A stretch of 64,000 nucleotides of DNA from Macrostomum hystrix (taxonomy: Eukaryota; Animalia; Platyhelminthes), in NCBI GenBank assembly GCA_950097015.1, contig CATNEN010000031.1:3410001-3474000 (forward strand). The letters run 5' to 3'. The number at the start of each line of letters is the position of its first letter. The first letter of the stretch is position 1. Under the pieces are notes generated by a model. That model saw nothing but the letters and a program-made list of their open reading frames with translations, made no database searches and was not told where the DNA came from. A program made the position numbers and the translations under genes. Shown piece by piece: positions 49,101-60,347 of the stretch.

Positions 49101-50023
49101 TGCCTCTCGCACCAAGGTCCCTGAGCTCGATTCCGCAGTCGAGGCCGCATTCATTTGGGGCGCAGTCGCGGGTAGAAAGCTTGGGGGCTTGTCATGCAAT
49201 TTACGCCCTTGAGGGCCAACCTCAAAGGCACAGTGAAAGTGTACACTGACTGCATGCCGATGAGAAAGTCAGGACAGAAGTATACACCTGTTTGAGAGTA
49301 TGCCTGCGTACAGAATCTGCAGTGTGCGTGTGTGCTCAGGAGTCAGCGGAATGGGCAGAATTGCATCCTCGCTGGCTGCAGATTTACTGTCACCTAATGA
49401 TGTGCCATTGCCCACAGCCCTCCTGTAGATAATACTACGCGCACCGCCGAACACACAAATGCACAAAAAATCACTTGTGACTTACACGGCGATCGAGCGC
49501 TGCTTACGGTGTACAGGTGAAATAAAGTCTCTTTTTCCGGTGTGACGGCAATTATGATCTGGGATTTGGGAACAATGTGAATTTGTTACTCCGTAGTTGA
49601 AATTCAGCAAATTATTGGGAAATTTCCTCTTAATGATGCGTCTCTTACACAGGAGATGATCACGATGGCAAAGATGACGCCGACCTTGATGTAATACAGT
49701 CGCGACCGCGGCGGCCTCAGTTCGGCCTCGTCGCCGAAGGCGCTCTCAGTGCCGGCTCCGGCTCCTTCTTCAGCGATGCCCGGGGGCTGCTTGGAGCGGC
49801 TGGCTGCAGATTTTGACTGCAGCTGATCCATGGCCGCTTCCAGATCTGAGAAGCTCTTTGATCGGCGGCGTTGAAGTGCGCGGGCGCTGCCGCTGCCGCT
49901 TGCTGCAGCTCGCGAAGCGTTCTCAATGCGCAGCACGCTGTAGTCGGTGGTGTTGCTGGGCCCGGCCAGAAGTGGCGTCTTCTCGCCAGCCCTTAAAGGC
50001 TGCATTTCGGCGTCAGTGGACAT
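40195..50023 (-). CDS. OCA2: P protein / OCA2 (ion transporter superfamily); exons 50023-49649, 49558-49486, 48864-48716, 48623-48535, 48214-47686, 47307-46894, 46218-46110, 45209-44741, 40285-40195; ~765 aa
   Basis: [111 protein letters not shown]-terminal [26 protein letters not shown]. All introns GT-AG and phase-consistent (2298 nt). Confidence 0.94.
40765..41222. repeat. Pyrimidine-rich 16-17 bp minisatellite in OCA2 last intron
   Basis: Unit tgtctcatctctcccg; reverse complement of the array at 1-681. Confidence 0.95.
41829..42610. repeat. G-rich 29-bp minisatellite with 57/58-bp higher-order dimers
   Basis: Monomer gtgatgt[a/c]cactggtg[a/t]tctggggtgggt; blocks of alternating variants. 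Confidence 0.93.
43195..44295. repeat. 16-bp minisatellite, ~65 copies, with degenerate flanks
   Basis: Unit caccaaaatctcaatt. Confidence 0.96.
45238..45590. repeat. 24-bp minisatellite in OCA2 intron 7
   Basis: Unit aattaactaactgtacaatctgcc, ~14 copies. Confidence 0.93.
47395..47652. repeat. 30-bp minisatellite in OCA2 intron 5
   Basis: Unit attaatctgagacctcgggtaagattgagg, ~8 copies. Confidence 0.93.
48230..48497. repeat. G-rich 29-bp minisatellite in OCA2 intron 4 (same family as 41829-42610)
   Basis: Unit gtgatgtac[a/g]..ggtgttttggggtgggt, ~9 copies. Confidence 0.92.
49071..49437 (+). mobile_element. tRNA-derived SINE (family B) in OCA2 intron 2
   Basis: GGGGGTCGGTGGCAGAGCGG (A-box) ... 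GCTCGATTCC (B-box-like); colinear with the minus-strand copy at 28865-29232. Confidence 0.85.
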
Positions 50024-51715
50024 GGTGAAAATTATCTAACTGCAGGCTGGCTGAAATAAAACCGTTTTGTTATTTCAGTATTATCGTATTTTTTTCAATG
50101 AAACCAATGACACTTTTTCTGTTAAAAAGTACGAGTAATTAGTAAGCGAAGTAAATTACTGCTCGTTTTAAAAATATATATTAAAAAGGGAAGCCTTATA
50201 AAAATTTGATTTGCTTAGAATTGATCTCAATTGATGCATTATGTTTTTACAGCTGGAGTTATAATATATACTACTTATATAGTTTATCTTAAACTCTAAA
50301 GAAATTTTATCATAAATATTCGAAAAGTTTTTAAGCAACTTTATAATTATGAGCCGTAAATACAATTCTGTGGATAAAAGTAGTTCACTGTGTATTGTAA
50401 ATAAAAATGTAATTACAGTACTAAGCTGATTAGCTACTGTATCACGGAAACTCGTATTGTCATTGGTACGTATGTCATGTATGACACACAAATGACCAGG
50501 CATGGCATGCCTAATGAATAAAATTTGATGAATTTTAAATTTCTTAAAAATAAATATTTTATAATTAACCACTAAAAAACAAGTGTCGGTATTGCAAAAA
50601 CAATTTTGCATATTGATGCGTTCTTGCATTAATGTCTGTGAGTACTCTGTTTTAATTTTTACGTATGAAAAGTATGAACTTTTTTACACTGCCTATGCTC
50701 CAAACCATAAGTGTCGGAAATAATTTTAAAAGCTAACAATCTTTGTCGATAAATTCGAGGTATCTATTGTATAGGTTATACGATAGAATTTTGTTCCTTT
50801 TTGAAACAAGTATCATTTGAACATTACTTATTCAACGAATTAAATTTAGAAATAACCGAATTCAAAGGATCGTTTTAGGTGACCAGTGAAATTGTTTACA
50901 ATTTCAAAAAATATTGTTGTTAACTTGCCGTTAACTACGACTGTGTGTAAGAAATACATACATTTACGTTACGTTTAAAATGGTGGGACAACAACAAAAA
51001 TATCTTTAAAGGATAAATACGAGCATGATTTTAACGACTTAGTAAGTTATAATACTAATTTATGTATTTTACATTGAAACTAGTTTGTCTCGATTATATG
51101 ATTATATTTGCATCGACACCCTTTATTTTAATCTTTAAACTTGCGAAAAGTGGAAAAGTTCCGACAAAAATTGTGTGGAAAACTACATTCGCTTATAACA
51201 CCAAGGACCACTCTACTTCTAGTGGTCCTTGTATAATATGTACTGTATTACTTATGTTTTCACTGCTTATGTAGTTAAAGAACTAATTGATATAAAAATT
51301 TAATTTTTTTTAATTTCTCTGTAAATTTTGCACTTAGAGAGAGATATTTATAGTTTATAAAAATTCACTTTTCATACAAGCATCAGCAGGTACTGAAAAA
51401 ACGACAAGTTTAACACAGCGTCGGAAATTTCGGACCAGGTCTCGGATAAACGCTCGTAGTAGATTAAAAGGCGGGTACACATTTATAATCATACGCCTTA
51501 TTTGAGCATATAGTGCTGGTAAATATGATTACAAGCGAGAGGTCCTTTTTCTGATTAAAAGTTGTGATTTTGTATTACATCACGGATAATAGTTCTATAT
51601 TCTGTAGTAAATGGTTGTAGTAAATATAGTTATGAAAATAATCTCTCTAGTCGTTGCTTCTTGAAAGAAACATTGGGAGCGTCGATCTAGACTAGACACG
51701 GCACAAACAACACGT

Positions 51716-51721
51716 TTTATT
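51716..51721 (-). terminator. Candidate polyadenylation signal of the orphan gene ending at 51826
   Basis: AATAAA on the minus strand ~105 nt after the stop. Confidence 0.55.
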
Positions 51722-51825
51722 AATATAACACATTGATATGTCAATAATAACGTGACCAGAATTTGGACAAAGTAGAGGATTCACTTCGTTTCCTGAATGT
51801 AGTAGTTTCGAATTTAATTATCATG

Positions 51826-54800
51826 TCAATCTTCCAAAGTGATGCAATGCAGTCCGTCAACGACTTTGCTGGAACTGCGACAGGCCCAGCCGTTATCTCC
51901 AAAATGATCGGGTTCCCCAACTCTGCCTCCCCTATTCGTGTGCGATCTATCCTGCCTATTGCCCGAGTGCCTTGTTGCTGCTGCTTGGACTTTCTTGGGA
52001 TTGTCTGTTGGGCCGCAGTCATCTTCGGATCGACCCCGTTGCTCGCGCTTGTGCCGCCCATTTTTATTGCCTCGACGCAGCCCGATGGTGAAGGCATCGC
52101 GCAGTCGCTGACGAATTGAGTCTTCAAGCACTGGGATGTCTGCTATCGGCCCAGATTCTTTCCGTTCGTTTGACGAAGATATAACAGTTGCCGCTGCAGA
52201 CGTTGCACCCTTATTTTTCTTGCGCTTCATTCGGTCGCGTCGTTTTCCGACTGGCAGCTCCTTGAGCGCCACCTCGTCAACGTCGTCGCATTCGCTAGCG
52301 TCGATTTCTAGAACGAATGCGTCAGCTTGGTCTTCTTCTTCATCATTGTGGTCACCACCTTTGTCGACGGAGTTTTCAGAGTCGATGGACAGACGTCGCG
52401 GGCGATCCTTGGGCATGTCGAGCCGCTTGCCCCAGGAAGGACCCTCGTTATCTCTGCCACCGCCACCGGACGACTCGTCGTCGTCCTCCCCGCCAGCACC
52501 AGTGCTCGATCGACTGTGTTTCGGTGAGCTGGTCTTCTTCGCGAGCTTCTCGATTCCCTTCTTTTTTGATGGCAGCTGCGGTGTGTGCATGGGAGGGACC
52601 AATTATGTATACAAGCAGAAAGAACTTTTTATTGCATGCATGTACTACAGCTGATTTCGTGAAAGTTTTTGACAAGGTTAGTTGGATCAGCTCACCTTAA
52701 TAATGGACTCCATCTTTTTTAGCGGCTTCTTCCACTTGAATTTTGCTCCATTCTCGCTCTCTGATTCGCTGCGCTGAAAATTAAAATATAAATATATTAG
52801 TTTTATCATCAAGACCTTGAATATTTAGCACGGACGACCAGGAGTGAAAGGACAGGAGACAAAATTTCTTAGAAAAAGAATAGAGAGTTGTTTCAGGAGC
52901 ATGAACTTCAGGCACATAAGAGGGTATGTAAAGAAAAGAAAAAATCAATTTTCACAAACAAGGCTTGACTGAAAACAATAAAGCTATAAAAATGGACATC
53001 GGTTGTTATCTCTGTAGCGTATTTTCAGCAAAAAAATGCCTTCTAAACTTTTTCAAAGAGTTAAGCGTACTTTTCAATCCTTCTGTTACTAGTGGTCCTT
53101 GTAATTAGCAATTTAATTTTCCTTTTGAAACAACAATTTCGGGAAAATTCTCGCAGCTTGGAGACTCACAGCCAGTGCGCGAGAGTTCGGCCTGGCTGCT
53201 CTCTGCTGATGCAAACCGAACACGTCGCTCGACGACTGGAACAGCCGGTCGCCTTCAACTGTTCCAGCGCTGTCAGCGTCGACGGCCAGGGGACAGCTGG
53301 GATTGCGCGAGTGACACCAACGTCCGCTGTCAGAATGCTGAGACTGCAGCATCTTAGGCTCTGCCGGGAATTCACCGCTGTTGATACCGATTCTTGATCG
53401 CGATGCAGTGTTCAGGCTCTCATCAAGTCGGCAATTCTAGCTTTATGTATGCTTCACTGCTGACTGCTGATGCTATAGCAGATTTGAAACTGAGGCTTAA
53501 TGCCCAAACTGCCGTAGGCCGCCAATTAGTTGACTGTGGACTACTAATCGAATATTCAAGCGCGGCAACCTTGATTGTCTCCTGAGAGCGTGCCAAGCAC
53601 CGCAAAGCAAGGCTTCGGTGCAGAAACCGCCGCTAATAAGACCGCAAGAGGTTTATGCCCGGAGAGAGCGGAAATCTCTCAATGAGAGAGAGGGACACGG
53701 GCGACTGCATGGAGTTATGGTTGTTGGTGGAAGTCAATCAAAATCCAGCCTTAGGCCTCAGGAGAGCGCATAGCGTGTGCAAGGTGGGTGTGAGGACGGA
53801 TCGGAAGCGCTCGGTCATTCTTTCTGGTTGCCATGGAGCTGGCAGTTGAATGCTGGTCTTTCCTAACCGCTCATTGAGGAACCACACAAAATTCTTTCTT
53901 GACTTCAGTAATGAGTTAAGTAAATGGCTTCCTTTTCTATACCCTCCTCGACTACTAAAAGTACAAAAGCAAAATGCCTAATAAATAATCTGATGTTAAG
54001 ATTTTCAATCCTGATAGTCTGAACTCAAGCATCTATTGATGCGGGGACTGGTTTGTCAAGCAAGCATGAGAAATTAATTTATGCGGATGTCGACCCGTGC
54101 TCACCTCTTCCTCGACGGCCTGGACGGACTTATTTTTGTTCTTGTCTTTTTTCTCCTCGACTTTCTTAGCCTTCTTGTCGGCAGTCTTCTTCTTCTTCTT
54201 ATCGTCTCCCGTCGCTTCTTCTTCGATTTTTTCGTTCCTCATCAGGGTTTTCTTCCACGACATCGTTTGGGTCTTTCGACGACTCCGAAACGAGGTCGCG
54301 ATCTCCGGCGCTGTCCCCTCGGCTGCTGCCGCTGCCCACCCCGCCGCCGCTGTTGCCGATTCGGGTCTTTCCTCCTCGGCCGTTAGGTCGCTTCCCGCCA
54401 GTCTTTTTCTTCCTCTGCTCGACCTCTTTTGAGCCCTCTCCATCGCTGCCGCAGTCGCCGTCGGCGTCACTGTCCGAGTTTTCCTTCTCGGCCTCGTCGT
54501 TCTCGCCAGACATTCGCATCTTCCGCGCCACTCGATCCACCAGCGGCTCGCCTTCGATGATGTCTTCGAGTTGCTTCATCGACAACTTGCGCAGTTCCTG
54601 TCGACGGGCCTGCAGCCAGGACTTCTTTAAACCCGACGTCGATGATTCCTTGGACTTTCCTCGCTCTAGTTCAGCCTCAACTTCGGCCAACAGCTGCACG
54701 ACCCGCTCTCTGACAGCCTCCGCCTGCTGCTGCTTCTGCTGGCTGGCGAGCCAGCGGGGATTCTTGCCCGAGAGCTTGCCGCTGACGCCGCCGATATCGT

Positions 54801-54867
54801 CGCTGTCACAGTCGGCAGCGACAGAGAACATCTGCACAGCTGCGCTGTTGCTCTCCTGGCCCGCCAT
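51826..54867 (-). CDS. Uncharacterised acidic/basic low-complexity protein; exons 54867-54105 (+1 frameshift at 54227-54232), 52773-52696, 52575-51826
   Basis: GC3-rich codons, strong donors (GAG|gtgagc, AAG|gtgagc), pyrimidine-rich acceptors in phase 0, downstream AATAAA. K/E/D/S-rich product with no family I recognise. Confidence 0.65.
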
Positions 54868-55516
54868 GCGTGCGCAACAACCTTCAACTGAGTTAGACCA
54901 GCTGTTCTCAAAGTCTTCCCTTTGTTGGCGCTATTGCCGCGCGCTCACTTATTCTTTTAGTGTGGTTTCTTTTCGCCTTGTGGCTAATATTTAGCTGTTC
55001 TATGTAGACAAAAATCTACATAATGCCTTGCCAACGCAATCTGTCTGCATGTAGACCATAATGAATGAGGTGGGGAGGTGGGCGCCAGTGTTTGAGCAAT
55101 AAATTTTGTTGCAGCTCTAGTATCCGACCCAGGCCCTACTATCTTCTTTCCTTCCAGCTTCTTTCATTCCGATTCAGCGAGAGAGGTAACCGCTGCCACT
55201 TCAATGGCGAAGAATAATGCCTCTAACAATTCGTCTATGGGGCTCTTCAAAGCAAAGAACAGTTCATAGCAATTTCTGTGTTCACTTAATCGACAAAAAA
55301 TTGAATTTCAATGAATGACAATGAGCTCCGTGTTAGAGCTGGCCTGTCTGGATTCTCTCCGACTCAATCGACTCGTTTAATGATGCTCATAAACCTGCTC
55401 AAATGGCTTGGGTTTATATTATCATTTTTGTATGCGATTCTGTGAGTCTAGTACAATGAAAAAAGCATAAATTTAAAGTTATGAGTTTGTCGCAGTTTGG
55501 CCTATTTCAACTACAT

Positions 55517-56875
55517 GGGCATCATAGCCTGTGCAGACACTGACTGTGTGTGCATCATAGCCTGTGCAGACACTGACTGCGTGTGCATCATAGCCTGTGC
55601 AGACACTGACTGTGTGTGCATCATAGCCTGTGCAGACACTGACTGTGTGTGCATCATAGCCTGTGCAGACACTGACTGTGTGTGCATCATAGCCTGTGCA
55701 GACACTGACTGTGTGTGCATCATAGCCTGTGCAGACACTGACTGTGTGTGCATCATAGCCTGTGCAGACACTGACTGTGTGTGCATCATAGCCTGTGCAG
55801 ACACTGACTGTGTGGGCATCATAGCCTGTGCAGACACTGACTGTGTGTGTATCATAGCCTGTGCAGACACTGACTGTGTGTGCATCATAGCCTGTGCAGA
55901 CACTGACTGTGTGGGCATCATAGCCTGTGCAGACACTGACTGTGTGTGCATCATAGCCTGTGCAGACACTGACTGTGTGTGCATCATAGCCTGTGCAGAC
56001 ACTGACTGTGTGTGCATCATAGCCTGTGCAGACACTGACTGTGTGTGCATCATAGCCTGTGCAGACACTGACTGTGTGGTGCATCATAGCCTGTGCAGAC
56101 ACTGACTGTGTGTGCATCATAGCCTGTGCAGACACTGGACTGTGTGTGCATCATAGCCTGTGCAGACACTGACTGTGTGTGCATCATAGCCTGTGCAGAC
56201 ACTGACTGTGTGTGCATCATAGCCTGTGCAGACACTGACTGTGTGGGCATCATAGCCTGTGCAGACACTGACTGTGTGTGCATCATAGCCTGTGCAGACA
56301 CTGACTGTGTGTGCATCATAGCCTGTGCAGACACTGACTGTGTGTGCATCATAGCCTGTGCAGACACTGACTGTGTGTGCATCATAGCCTGTGCAGACAC
56401 TGACTGTGTGTGCATCATAGCCTGTGCAGACACTGACTGTGTGTGCATCATAACCTGTGCAGACACTGACTGTGTGTGCATCATAGCCTGTGCAGACACT
56501 GACTGTGTGTGCATCATAGCCTGTGCAGACACTGACTGTGTGTGCATCATAACCTGTGCAGACACTGACTGTGTGTGCATCATAGCCTGTGCAGACACTG
56601 ACTGTGTGGGCATCATAGCCTGTGCAGACACTGACTGTGTGTGCATCATAGCCTGTGCAGACACTGACTGTGTGTGCATCATAGCCTGTGCAGACACTGA
56701 CTGTGTGTGCATCATAGCCTGTGCAGACACTGACTGTGTGTGCATCATAGCCTGTGCAGACACTGACTGTGTGTGCATCATAGCCTGTGCAGACACTGAC
56801 TGTGTGTGCATCATAGCCTGTGCAGACACTGACTGTGTGTGCATCATAACCTGTGCAGACACTGACTGTGTGTGC
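55517..56875. repeat. 33-bp minisatellite, ~41 near-identical copies
   Basis: Unit gcatcatagcctgtgcagacactgactgtgtgt; two single-G insertions near 56079 and 56137. Confidence 0.98.
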
Positions 56876-58455
56876 TGATTTTTTCTTGTTTTAGCTATAA
56901 AATTTGACAATTTGAAAGCTTTAAGCCAGAAAGTTGGTCAATTTCAAGCTGACGGTGCAGACACAATCTGTTCCAAGTTTGAATTGCGTTCTGTTAGACT
57001 TGGCCTCAGACTGGGCTTACTCAATCGCTCACTCATCTCTGGTCTAGAGATGCGGGGCATGAATAGTACAATAGCAATTTGCAAAGCGCACTAGCAGTCT
57101 GCGCACTTGAGTTCTGGCGTACCTCTGCAAGAGAAGCTGCAAGCTATCAAAATAGAGTTAAGGCACACAGCCAGACAATGCGTGCAGAATGAGGGGCGCT
57201 GTTTTCTGTTTTTCTTTCCGAGAAAAACTCCGTTGGCAAGGGTGTCATGTGAGCAAGACGATGACAGGATACTGAAGTCTAGTTTTAGTCAACTGTTTAT
57301 TGACAATATTCCAAGTATTCTGCAATAGCTCGCGAAACTCTTGACTGCATGGGAAATAGTGAAATGTAATGGAGCAGCTGTTGACTCAAACTGCTTAAAA
57401 TGCGCACGTCTATAATTTTGCACATTGTCACGCCTAAAAGTAGTAAAATCTATTCTACAGCTTGAGCTTCATGCGGCAGCTTAGGAGCTCTATTGGCTAC
57501 TTCAGCTGGATCACAGTTTTGTTTGATCCGATTCAGCTCTTTGAGTTATAAGGTTTATTGTAATGCTTTAGTTAACAGTAGAATTACCAAGGGGGAATTC
57601 CCCGCCTGACAATTTTTGCTGCACCCGAACGGAGCTACGCAAGCACACGAAACTCAAGAACACGGGCCAACTTTTTGTTGCGCATCTTCTGAAACAATAA
57701 TCAAGTTTTAAGTTTTAAAGTCGACAGCTCTTTTAGACCGTCGAGATATTCAATGCTTCTGGCCGAAGGTCCGATTTATCCCAAAAGCACTAGTGTGTTT
57801 CATACACCCCTATCCACGAATTAGCACTGCGCCTCAGTGCGGCCTTGCAAGCTGGCCTTCAAAATTTATCAGCATGCCACCCAAATGTGCCATGTATCCT
57901 TTATCTATGTCAAGTACCTTTATCTTGACGGACTGCTGGACCTTAAAAGGCTACAACACTTGGAACTAGGCCACTTTGGACACCCTGACGCGAATTTCCC
58001 CAATTTCACTGATCAAGACTAACTATTAGGCGCAGCTCAACCACAGGACACCCTCGCCTAGTCTGTCAACCAATCAGTCACCACCCGACGCTGTTAACAT
58101 TCGGGCGCTGCCAAATATATTTTCTAGGGGGAGGGAAATTTCCTCCCTTTGTTTAACAACGGGCGGCAAAATGGCTTAGTAGTCCTACTGTTGAGTGCCG
58201 TCCATTTGATCCCAGGCGACGTCCATTTGATCTTGACCAATCGTAGATGGCCCTGCGACAAAGGTTCAGACTCCGATCAATTTTTTAAGGTCAAACAGTA
58301 GTCAAGGTCAAACTGTAGTCACGCGTGGGATGCGTGACAGGTCGCCAAAACATAACCAATAACTCAAAACCTCTGTCATCACCATATATTTCCATGTAGG
58401 ATTTTTGTCACATAAATATTCCGTTTTCGGTTACTTTCCAGCACAGTCTATGCAT

Positions 58456-60076
58456 TTATTCTGTGCCAAGAAAATCGAAAATTCTCTTTAGCTTCTCTTC
58501 TCTGTCGCTTCTGGGCTCAGTAGCCTGAGGGCGCTTCAGCTTTTGATGCTTCGACCGTCGTTGGCTGCGGCTGGAACCAGGTGGATGAGGTAAATTGGAG
58601 ACGAAGGGATTAACACTAGACGCACCAAGGGTACGCTTTCCCGCTTCCTTGCTGCACCTGAACAAAACAATTCAGGCTCACAAAATTCTAGAACACGGCG
58701 CAAAATTTGTTGTGCACCCTCTGAAATAAACATCAACCCCACCTCTCCAGAACGTTAAGATGTTCAAATGGTCTACTTTTTCCTACTAGCGCTAAAGCCC
58801 TCTGTCAACAGTTCAGTACGAGCTCATATCAGCGCTTTTTTAATTACCCCTGAGATTCGTCTTCGTGTCTGCGTTTCGGCTTGTCGCCGCCTTCTGGCTT
58901 GTCGCCGCCATCCACCATTCGGACGTCATCGGGCCACAATCTCGCGAATCGCTGATTAGACTGATCAGAATCTCCCGACGTCGAGCCCTTTCTACGATTC
59001 CGATCGTCATCTCGACGAACTTGACGGTGACCACTGCGGCTATGACGGTGAGCTCGTCGCTGATTAGCCTTGGCTGAGTTCTCCGACTTCGGGTATTTTT
59101 TACGAGCCAGATCTCGATTTCTGTGGCCATTGTGCTGCCCGTGATCTTTGCGACTCCGATGGTGACCTTGACGATCGATCAAAACCAGCTTACTAGAGAC
59201 AAATCGAATCTGGAAACTCTGGCCTCTCTTGCCGCTCCGATTTGATTCGGCTAGTACAAAGCGAAGAGCAACGCCTTCGTGATGGCGCCTCAGCCTGCGC
59301 ACCTCTCGCAGCAGGCGACGCAGCGAGAGCTGAAGAGTACAGGCGTTTCCATGACAACTGGCGCGCACACCTCTCAATCTATGTCCCTTGCCGTTGCTAA
59401 CAGAATCCGTTGACGTTTTGGTTAGACTTCGACAATTTTTTGGAGCCTTTGAACCGACAGGCAGAGCTACGAGGTTCTCGCCGACCTGGATTCGTTAACA
59501 AAGAAGTAAACGAGGAAAATATTTTTATCCCAGCAGGGGAGCTAAGAGTTTAAAATACCCGCTCTCTCTCAATCCGCTCTCCCAACCTGGTAAACAATGC
59601 GCCAGACCCGATCGCTGGGCATCTTGGCGAACACCTTCCCGTGCCAGAGGGTCAGTTTGCGTTGGCGCCACCCGGTCAGCGCCAGAGTGAACAGGTTCTT
59701 CAGCTTCAGCTTGACGACCTTCTTGGCATCGAGCGACCAGGCGACCGGGTAGATGGAGTCGCCGAACTGCAGCCGGCCGGCGTTGCAGCTAGGTCGGCAC
59801 TCGTGCCAGGTGCGTGCACCGTGACCGGCGAGTCGCTTGCACCATGCGGGCACCTTCTGACAGGTAGCGGGCAGCAGCTGCACAGCGGGGTAGCCGATCT
59901 TGCAGACGCTTTTACCTCCGGACGCTAGCCTGCGTCGGTGGTGTTTCGTTGGGTTGAAACTAGACGATCTTAGTTATGTTTTAAAACGTAAGAGTTAAAA
60001 TCGCATGATAATAAAATCATTGTTACCATGCGATACACAGCAGAACGGTCCAGGCCAACAATAGTTTCGGTTGTAG
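58456..60076 (-). CDS. Uncharacterised, probably secreted basic protein (~410 aa); exons 60076-60027, 59929-59587, 59485-58848, 58657-58456; start codon source uncertain
   Basis: Four GT-AG exons in consistent phase (2/0/2, 1233 nt). N-terminal LQPKLLLAWTVLLCIAWLASGG hydrophobic segment, Cys-containing middle region, R/K/H-rich tail. AATAAA overlaps the stop. Confidence 0.7.
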
Positions 60077-60208
60077 CTAAAATTTTGAATAAAATTATCA
60101 GTCAGAATAGACTTAGACTCTTTGACGTAGTTCTGAAAAGCTTTTCTAGCCTAGATATCTGCTAATTGATCAGAAATCAGCCTTGCTATCTAAGGAGAGA
60201 ATGCACAA

Positions 60209-60347
60209 GCTCTGCTGACGCTCTGCTGACGCTCTGCTGACGCTCTGCTGACGCTCTGCTGACGCTCTGCTGACGCTCTGCTGACGCTCTGCTGACGCTC
60301 TGCTGACGCTCTGCTGACGCTCTGCTGACGCTCTGCTGACGCTCTGC
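60209..60347. repeat. 11-bp perfect tandem repeat, ~12-13 copies
   Basis: Unit gctctgctgac. Confidence 0.97.

Noticed and set aside
49071-49150. Possible tRNA gene (also 29150-29232 and 3220-3292)
   Set aside because: A/B boxes are present but acceptor and T stems do not pair into a cloverleaf; two of the three continue into a shared ~300-bp body, so these are SINE heads.
54229-54246. Hammerhead-like CTGATGA...GAAA (CTGATGA also in arrays at 38650 and 39160-39850)
   Set aside because: No stem II or flanking helices can form; hits are in coding sequence or tandem units.
29737-56875. Arrays of 29-38 bp units resembling CRISPR repeats in length
   Set aside because: Units are head-to-tail with no unique spacers, no cas genes, and the context is eukaryotic.
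56912-58022. Short plus-strand ORFs (56912-57094, 57107-57328, 57837-58022) and 53655-53849
   Set aside because: No recognisable motifs, mostly non-ATG starts, no coherent splice structure.
59345-59358. Strong X-box match GTTTCCATGACAAC
   Set aside because: Falls inside an open, phase-consistent coding exon (59485-58848), not upstream of a gene start.
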